Origin: Amoebidium appalachense
Lineage: Eukaryota > Protista > Ichthyosporea
Direction: 5' to 3'
DNA: 64,000 nt
Assembly: GCA_963693365.1 (NCBI GenBank)
Contig: CAVNZM010000006.1
Location: 2,790,001 to 2,854,000 of the forward strand
Position 1 is the first letter of the stretch, and the number at the start of each line of letters is the position of its first letter. The notes below the pieces were generated by a model that worked only from the letters and a program-made list of their open reading frames with translations, was not told where the DNA came from and made no database searches. The translations under genes were made by a program, and so were the position numbers. Below are positions 13,530 to 64,000 of the stretch, in pieces.

Positions 13530-13935
13530 TTTGTGTGTGTGTGTGTGTGTGAATGTGTGCAAGCGTGTGAGCATGCAACACCAGCAGAGCCCATGCTCCC
13601 GGGGGGGGGGGGGGGGGGGGGGAAGTGCTTTTGTGTGTGGCCGTGAGTGTGCAAGTGTGCTCGTGTGTGTGCTTGTAAGAGTAGTCCGTGAGCTAACACG
13701 TGTCCGTAGGTGTGTGTGTACAAGTGTGTTTATGGGACACGCAGTCTCCACAGCGGACCAAGGGACAGCATACAGAAGACAGACTCATTAGTGTGTCTTC
13801 CAATCCGCTAAGTCCCTTCTTCCCCATATATATCCAGACATGTAGGTGAAAACAGGCATAATTGGCAAAAACAGAAGGTCGCATGGACAGCAGGGAAAGG
13901 GGGGAGACAGAGAGAGGGGGGGGGGGGGGGGGGGG

Positions 13936-14239
13936 TTGAATGCAGAACACAGTACGAAGTACGCATACACGATGAGAAGCATGGTGCAGGACACATGCAA
14001 AGGCAAACATTCAAGTATGCAACATAAGCCATGTGCACAGTATGCGTCATAAGCAGAACCCATCCTTAGGGAGGGCCCAAGTCATCAATTGCGTCTAAGT
14101 TTCGACCCCTTAGCCCGCGTATATACGAAGCTCCAACTCAGCAGCATCACCTGAACTTGGGTGGGTCAACCCGTCTTGATCAAAGACGAGCAGGGTTGCT
14201 TATGCAAGCAAGGTGAGCAAAACGGTGAAGATGTGTGTG
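13936..14239. mobile_element. Poly-G-anchored repeat family, copy B (truncated)
   Basis: Same fixed start after a G-run. Similarity to the unit stops at ~14239. Confidence 0.8.
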
Positions 14240-14244
14240 GGGAC

Positions 14245-14317
<73 letters not shown>

Positions 14318-15399
14318 CAATATGGTGGAACCAAACGGGTCACGATGCCCTTTCAAGGAAGTTTTTATGATTAGAGTCAATGGACTTGTTCATGATGCTC
14401 ATGCGTGTGTCTAAACTGATAGGTGAATTTATGTGTGTTTTCGCTCCATGTTTTGGTGTGCCTGTGTGTGCCTGCCCCCCCCCCCCCCCCCCCCCTCCCC
14501 TCTCCCCCCCGGCACCCAAATGTACTCTCTGTGTGTATGTGTGCAAGAACAAACATACACCGTGCTATTAAAGGAGCATATACCTATCTCGACATGCATG
14601 CACCGTGACATATCAAACCATTTATGAAATCAATAGAGGAAGGAAGGAACCAAGCCGTCACAATAGGGATATACCTCATGAAACAAGGCATATACGCCTA
14701 GGGAAAAAAGGATACGTGGAACCAGGAAGAATTTCCATGAGGTGCCATTCTTCGGTCTTCCGGGAGGAAGGGGGGGAAGAGAGAGAGAAAGGGCGGCAGA
14801 GGGGGGGAAGGGGGGGATGTATGCATTAGGGGGTTGGAAATAAAATGGGGATTTTGCGGGGGGGGAGGGGGGGGGGGGGGGGGGGGGATGATAGGGCTGG
14901 TCTCACCTGTACCACGCACCGGGACCGAAACCTGAAGCAGCAGAAATGATCCAGACACGGCCAGGTGTGTGTGTGTGTGTGTGTGTGTGAGTGAGTGTGT
15001 GTGTATGTGTGTGTATGTGTGTGTGTGCGCGCACACAGGTGTGTATATATTGTTGTGTCACTGCGTGTGTGGGGGGTTTATGGCTGTGACAGGTGTGTGT
15101 GTTGGTAGAAGATGGGGGTGGTGAGGGAAGGTGCGTAGAAGTGGGGCGGAGGAGTGTGGATTGAATTGTGTTGACGAGTGCATACGTGTTTGCGCAGAGA
15201 AAGAATAGAGTGAAGCGGAATGAAAAGGCTTGTCAGTAGCTGTGTTGTGTATTGCTTGTAACAAAAGTTGCTGGTGTATGTCGGGTGTTTGAAGGGCTGC
15301 AAAAGTGTTTGGCATGTGGTGATGTTGTGTGGATGTGTACTTGGGCATTGTACACGTCCCAACAAGTGTGTGTCGATGTGTTTGTGTGTGCGTGTGTGT

Positions 15400-15459
<60 letters not shown>

Positions 15460-16339
15460 GTGTGTGTGCGCTTCTGTGTGCCTGTTCCTGTGGGAATGCG
15501 TTCGTCTGTTTGACTGTGTGGTTGTTGCACATGCCCGAGGATAGGCGAACTTTCCCAAGCAGGTGTGTGCCTGTATTTGCACGGTTGCGCGACCATTGAG
15601 GAACATGCCTAAAGCCCTCGGAAAGTCGTATGTAAAATGTCGCAACTGTGTGCGTGAGCGCATGGGTGGGTGTGACTGTGTGTTAGGGTGTGTATCATGG
15701 CTGCGTGCGTGTGCATGCATATGCGAGTGACTGATGTGCATATCATACCATCGACATGCACAGTAACATCATCGTGTACCTGTGACTGTTGGCTGCCCCG
15801 TGCGCACAATACTCAACCAGCTCCCCCTAGTTGCGTTGTCAACAGTGCTTACAAAGAAAAAAAGGAGCCAAATAAATTTTGCAGCACACCGAAATCCAAA
15901 CAGGAAAAAGGAGAAGCAAAAAGGTTAAACACGCCAAGCTCTCACAAAGTACTTTTTTCTCTCAAGAATGCAGCCAACCCCAACCCCGCCTTCCCCCCCT
16001 TCCCCCCTCCACCCCTGCCCCCTCCCCCCCTCCCCCTCTGCCCTTCCACCCATCCCATCCTTCCCGCACCCCCTTTCTCAGACAATCATGTGACATGCAT
16101 GGGCAATACGCGCACACGCCAGCATACACACACTCACCAGCCATCTTTGTTGGGGGGAGGACGGACGGAGGGAGGGACTCAGACACTCTTCCTACCTGCC
16201 AGCTCTCTCACAGCCCAAAAATTGCACTGCAGCGCGGCCGCGTGGCTGGACGCTGCTCGCCCGCGGCGCCGAGCCGGAGCTGCGCGCGCGGCGCTCCATA
16301 AACATAGCCAAATATAGCTATTTGCTTATCAGAGAAATC

Positions 16340-16575
16340 CAGGGTTCGAATTCTGTTTTTGAAACTTTGGGGTAAAAATTGTTTGGGATTCGCCAAAAAA
16401 ACTTTGGAAAAGCATTTGGGAAAATCCTGTGCGTGCACAAAATATAAACAGACACGGCCCTCCTGAGCCCCTACCCACTCTTCAACCCCGAGCCTCAGTG
16501 ACCTACTTTATGACTCACTCACAGGGCCCGCAAACTACCCCCTCCTCCGTTGCCTCCCCCCAAAAGAGCCCCCCC

Positions 16576-16606
<31 letters not shown>

Positions 16607-16849
16607 AGAGAGGCCACCTCCTCCCCCCGGGCCATGCTGGCCATGGGCACCTATATTCGCCCACGGTCCACTTTACCTACGCGATTCCTCAGTCCCCCTC
16701 CTCCTCCCCCACTCCCTCCCCCCTCCCTCCCTCCCCTCCCCCCCCTCGCCTCCCCCCCCCCCCCCCCCCCCCTATCCCCCGGAGGTTCTTTGGGAATCCA
16801 GAAAAAAGTTTGGGAAATTCCCAAACTTTTTTTAGAATTGCGATTCCTG
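16340..16849. mobile_element. Degenerate hAT-like MITE (~510 bp)
   Basis: Ends are CAGGGTTCGAATTCT... and revcomp CAGGAATCGCAATTCT.... The 8-bp flanks GAGAAATC / GAAAAATC match 7/8. TTTGGG(A) motifs are repeated subterminally at both ends. Confidence 0.55.
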
Positions 16850-17116
16850 GAAAAATCAGCCACAGGTCCACCAATCATTCAACTAGATCTAAGGTAGCCT
16901 AAGCCAATCACCGTGCGAGAAGTGACGCCGGAATATATAATGTTGGGCCAGGGTCCCAGAAAATGTCATATATACATAAGGAGAAGTTGGTTTACAACGC
17001 CAACGAAAATACCAACTGACACCCCTTCAACACCGAGGGGTATTGATATGGCTCTCACACAATCCCTTCCTAGCCCTCGATAGACCGCTCTTTTGCACAC
17101 CCAATTGGGATGTCTC

Positions 17117-17168
<52 letters not shown>

Positions 17169-17266
17169 TCACACACGCACGCACGCGCGAGCGCGTGGCA
17201 CACACACGCACACGTGCACACGCGCACACACACACACCTGTACACACACACAACGCGCGCGCACAC

Positions 17267-17336
<70 letters not shown>

Positions 17337-18150
17337 GCGCGCGCGCGTGCGTGCGTGCACAGAATTACACAAACACACACACACAATTACATGCGGCGTT
17401 GTGGAATCAGGTTGCGGACATGCGGTAAGCACGCCCACACAAAAAATTAACACCCACACAATTTAGCACACAACACACATACATCCCCCACATACACACA
17501 CGCACACAAACATAGCTGCTGTGAGGACAATATTGTTGCCCACACTCATGTTAATAGTAATCCCCGGTCCGCGGGAGGTTGAGGGTGGGGAGGGGGGAGG
17601 GAGGGAGGCCCTCGGAGGGGAGGAGGGAGTGGGTGGGTGGGTGGGTGGGTGGGGTGGGGGGGGTGGGGGACGGAGGGGGACCCACCGGGGGCCCCTGCGG
17701 TTGCAATTGCCTGGGAGGTCCGGAGGGGGGAAGAGAGAGAGACTGGTTGGGGGGCCATCAACCCATCGAGCACGTGTGTTGACTTCCCCTCTCATCTCCC
17801 CTAGCGTGTGTCTCCCCCGGGATCGATGGGAGCAGAAGAACTGAAGAAGCCACCAAACCATCCCTGCCTCGTGTTACATAGGCTTAAAACGTTGGAAGAG
17901 TAATACTATTACAATGTGCAGGGATAGTGTGTGCAGCGCCCAAGGTCCGACACGACCAGGAGCCACCGTGATTCATTTTTTTGCTTTTCTTTTCTTTTTT
18001 CTTTGAAAATGGCTTTTTTCCCCGTTTTGTTCTCGGGGAGGGGGCCTAAGGGGTCCCTCATGGGAGCTACTGTCTTCCTCTAAGCACCGACTGTGCCCTA
18101 GCGAGGGTGCTAATGATCAAATGACTTTTCTATTATTTTGATTTTTGCTT

Positions 18151-18271
<121 letters not shown>

Positions 18272-18460
18272 CAGAGTATATATATCTCTCTCTCTTTTTA
18301 TTTCTCAGCTCTCTCCCCCCTCCCCGGGCCACCCCCTCTCTCTCTCTGTGTGTGTGTGTGTGAGGGGGGGGGGGGGATCGATTAACCCTTTCAACGTGAA
18401 AGTTTTCAACTGCCCACCACTGAATCTTCATCGAAGTCAATATAGGGTGATCTCCGACAG

Positions 18461-18497
<37 letters not shown>

Positions 18498-19002
18498 CCC
18501 CACCCCATGGCCACGGCCTTTGTGGTGGTGTGGCAGCGTGCAGTCCATTATGACGTCACAAAAGCATTTTTACTACCCACCACTGCATGACATTGGGGTC
18601 AACATTAGTCTCCAAGGCTATGTACCCACTGGCTTACGTAAGTGGCCGGGCACTACTACGCCGCAGGACGCCTACTGCAACAAAAAAAAAAAAAAAAAAA
18701 AAAAAAAGAGGCTGCAGGGAAGACAGCACTCGGAGTGACTAGGTCAACATAGCATAATCTCTGAGAGCTCCCCCTTCCCCCCAAATTATTTTCGGTAGGG
18801 GGGGGAGGAGAGGGGGGGAAGATTGGAATTGGGTGGGATGGGGTTGGGGTGCACCCCGGGTGTACGTTGTGAGTGCTTGCGGATACCGACGGAGAGGGGA
18901 GGGAGGGAAGGGCGGAGCTTGAGGTTCCAGCTAGGGGTTGCTCCATCATTTGTGTGCCTGTACTATTGTATACATGTTGTAATGACAAGTTCTCAATATC
19001 CT

Positions 19003-19034
<32 letters not shown>

Positions 19035-19091
19035 TAAAGGGCTTCCCGACCCAAAAACATGAAGGCTCGGACTCGGGTCCCTTTGTTTCTC

Positions 19092-19135
<44 letters not shown>

Positions 19136-20055
19136 CCCTCTCAAAAACGCCTGTCACCATCACCACCAAGTCCCTCCTGAGCCTTTTTCTCCCCCCGTCC
19201 CAAACTGTGTGTGTGTGCATGCATCGGATTGTGATGATAAACACACTACACACATCCCCGCCCACTGTTATAATTCGCTCAAAACCGGGCCCGCCTGCCC
19301 AATAGCCGGTTACATGGGAACGAGTCAAACGCAGGAGAAGGAATTGTTCAGAGGGTAGACCATACCATCGGATTGGACTGCGCCGATTTTGATACCAAAT
19401 AAGGCAACAGTTGGAGCAATGCAGCAGGTTCGGATAATGCAGTTTCTTTAATTCTAATTCATTATGGGTTGGACCACGGGTCCCCCGGCCGTCATTTTTC
19501 TACCTTAAAGACAAGCAACACACTCACACTCTTAGCCTTTGTGTCCTTATCGTGTTCAATAGCGAATTAGAGGATTCAGATAAATCTAGATGGCTAATAC
19601 TATCATAATAATGACACTATGGCTGACAATAAATATGGGTAGTTGATACGGTTACACACTCAAAAGCCAGCATGAGTATGAACAAGGTTTAACTAAACCC
19701 TTCAAAACCATGCACCCTAGGCCACTACTAAAGAGACACCCCACACATAATGATTGCCAAAAGCATAACATCAAACGTGCACCGCATACCCCCCTAACCC
19801 ACGGTCAACCTAAACCTAGTCTGCCATTCAAGTACTTGTATATGACAGGTCATAAAAACACAATCCCCCCCTCCCCCCCCCCCCCCCAAAAAAAGCAACC
19901 CCCCGTCCCCCAAACCCGTATACACACACACACACACACCAGCCAACAACCACCCACCCACACACCTTCTCATACTGAATGCGTCTACCCCCCCCCCCCC
20001 CCCCCCCCCCTTCTTCACCTGCACAACCCCCCCCCCCCCCCCCCCTCCCCCACCA

Positions 20056-26181
<6,126 letters not shown>

Positions 26182-28824
26182 TGTGCCGTAAACTGCCTAA
26201 ATCACTAACCCTAACAGAAGAAACTTAAATAAACGTATAGGCTATTAGCACGTAATGCAACTTGTTATAGTTAGCGCGGCCGCTGTGCTCTTTTACCTCT
26301 TCGGCCGTATGTTAGGAGGGTGGGAAACGTACAAGCAAAACCTGCTACTTCTCAAGTCCTCATTAAAACAACAAAACTCTCTCGTCTCACAGGTCTTTTC
26401 ATAAACTCACAATACGCCTAACTATACAAATATACAGACCTATATTTGCTTTACTAACATACTCCCTATGTTTTATCACTTAGAGCTGAATAAGAACCAT
26501 GTTCCCTTTGTCAAGAGTGGAACGAAACGACTTGAAGAAACCGGCGCAGTTGCGCCGGCCGGCAGCCGCTCCAAACACCAACCGTTTTGCTCCAAACCGA
26601 GGTATAAATTTGGATGAAAGGGGTTTAATAAAAATATACTCTAGTATAAAGGGGTTCAACAAGAGAATTTGTTTGAAAAGCAAAATAGGTACTGGTCAAC
26701 TATTAACTGTGCAGCATGGTTTTAGCTAGGGTTTTGTACTTCAAGCGCAATGTGACTCATAACTGCAAAAAAAAGTTAAAATGAATTTTTTTTACTATAT
26801 TATGTCACATGGCAGCTTTTTTTCGGTTTTATTCGAGACTTCTGAACCATTATTGCCCTAAAGATGCCATTCAGTTTCCATATAAAAAAGAACAGTTGAT
26901 TCGGTAAAAGTCACGTAGCCAACGTGGACGCACCAAGTGGTGAGGCGTCGACCAATCATATCACGCAGCTCTGATGGTATCGCAGGAATGCTTTCCCCCC
27001 CAGAAACGGCGCAAAAAACTTTCACCCGACAGTTTTTTCCTGTTCGCAACTTGCGGGACCCTGTGCACATGCCACGGTGAACACGAAGACGGTAAGGTAA
27101 GCAAGCATGAACGATATAGACAGTTCGAAGGTCTGCATTATGCTTCCTGAACACTGCCCACTTGCAAGTACTAGCTCAGCTTCCATCACACCAGCTTTGG
27201 AGCTTGTGTGGACTGGCGGGGCTGTAACAAGCACCAACGTAGCGTTAGAGTGAGAGAGCGAGAGAGTTCATTTCTGCTTGAGGGCAGAGGAGAGCTCTCT
27301 GGCTCTCTCACTCTGTTGCTTTCAAATTAAAATTTATGAACCAGGAGGTCCCATACAACAGCTTGCATCACAACATGGTTTGCTTTTGTCATCAAGAGGC
27401 AGCTGTCGTGCCAACAGGGTTGTTGACGTAACTTCGAAGTCTGCGAGGTTTTGATTCCCTTACGCAGCCTTTGCATACCGCCTCCTTATTGACGACTCTG
27501 GTTATGCTATTTCTGGGGATGTGCGGAGTGACAGACGGAAGGCTGTTTTTGCGTTCAGGGAAAGACAAACCACTTGAGCCTGTCGCTAGAGGTGAGTGGG
27601 AACAAAGTGGGTGTGTTGCTTCACTGAGAAGAGGGGTGGAAACATCTCATTTTGTAGCAAAACACGTCAACGTGCACGCACACGCGCACGCGCACACACA
27701 CACGCACGCACGCACACACACACATACACGCACACACATGCACACAGATCAAGGCACACATACACACAGGCACCAGCATACTGCACATGCACACACACAC
27801 ACACCTCACGTAGACATCCTGCAAGTTGCACGTGCACACTCATATATGCACATACACACACACACACACACGTTCAAACATGGCACAAACACACAAGGAC
27901 ACATAGATGCAACCACACACGTTCATACAAGCCCGCACATAGTGCACGTGGATTTCGAAGTAGACCACAGCCCCTCCTCGCCCTCCTCCTGGCCCCTTCC
28001 CCCCCTCCTCCCCCCCCACCCCTCTCCCCCCCCACAACACCTTTTCACACACATCATCGATTACCTACCCCTGTACACCCTGTTTGAACATCTCTCCTCT
28101 CTCTGTTTGCACACATGTAAAATACCTCTATGTTAAACGCCTCACACAGTCATGCAACTTCAGCAATACCGGTTGCTTGAGCAATTACAGTTTGGTTTAT
28201 TCAGTGGCTGGATGGTTTGGGTTGCGGTCCCACCCCTGTATCTTCATGCCTAATACATGCAAAAGGGTTGCTCCTACACACCAATACGTGTTGCGTGCTG
28301 CAGAAGGCAAAGTCATTGAATACTCTGTTTACTCATTTCAGCCCAACCTCCGAGATATATACAGTTGTAGTCCGTATTGCACAGGAAATTAATTTACAAC
28401 AATATTGCTGGTTGCCTTTATACACCATGGTTGGTTGACAAAGCATACACACACACAAGAAAAAGTGAAACAAATTTATGTAGTGAATTAAAAGTACGCA
28501 GAGCCAAAAGAAATCACGCTTGAGCTCCATCGGTACATTATTCCATTTAGCACGGATAACACAAACATGTTTTTCGTTCCAAACTTCGTGCCATAATGGG
28601 ACCTGCCCATGCTCAACCCACAGAATCATCATCAGTCATGCAAAGTAAAGAAGTGACTGCACACGGACTGTTCGATGGGGTGTGCTGTTCTCTGTTTGAG
28701 CAGGGAACTACGTCATTCACACATTTACACAAGACATTCGCCAGAAATTATTCGTCGGGTTGGTACGTGCAGAGAGTTGCTTTAGATTCATTCGTGCTTC
28801 TGATGTTTTTTTCCCCCTTGGGGG

Positions 28825-63510
<34,686 letters not shown>

Positions 63511-64000
63511 CTAGGAGACTGGGTGGTGGGTTAAGGGGTTAGTAGTATAGAGTTAACCCCAATGGAGCATGAGTAACATAAATTGTTACTCATCTCGGTA
63601 TCCCGGGAACTTTTGGGAAATGGCTCGATTAGGATGAGTAACTTTTTAGATACTCATTACCCTCCATCAAAGAACCACGCTTTTGTACCTTGAGAATGGT
63701 CATATCGAGTTGAAATTTTCTATGAACAAAGCAAATATATTGTTTTACCAAGGCCCAGCAAGAAAACATGGTGTTTTATAGTACATTACTACACGACAAC
63801 ACCATGATCTTTATCCGCTGGCGGGTTTTTGGCTGTTTTCGTTCAGCCCTGGACTGCGCCTGTGTGATGCGCTCAATTGATGCCGCCGCCGCCGCCCAAA
63901 ATCACTAATTGATGAGTCACATTCTTGTGAGATGAGTAACTTTCTTCACACCTCGCAACCCCTTCGTGATCGCTCATAGTAAACATCATAATAATAGACT

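Overview
Eukaryotic genomic DNA, most likely from an intron-rich unicellular holozoan or other opisthokont (inference from gene content and intron positions). Introns are saturated with (CA/TG)n, (GA)n and long poly-G/poly-C tracts, so almost all ORFs in the supplied track are microsatellite translations. Genes traced by hand, all on the minus strand: a complete 6-exon, 354-aa Gi-type G-protein alpha gene (20056-26181); the 3' ~1670 codons (about 44 exons) of a neurobeachin-like PH-BEACH-WD40 gene (28825 to >63510); and the last two exons of a probable ATP synthase subunit f (11735-13497). The plus strand has one large disordered ORF or exon (1044-2708). Mobile and repeat DNA: a decayed LINE carrying a nested 135-bp MITE, two further MITEs, a tRNA-Ser(GCT) pseudogene and a 38-bp minisatellite. 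The two most unusual signals are a ~450-bp hairpin-rich element that always starts at a poly-G run, forms head-to-tail arrays and has a variable far end, and many 3' splice sites where (CA)n replaces the polypyrimidine tract.
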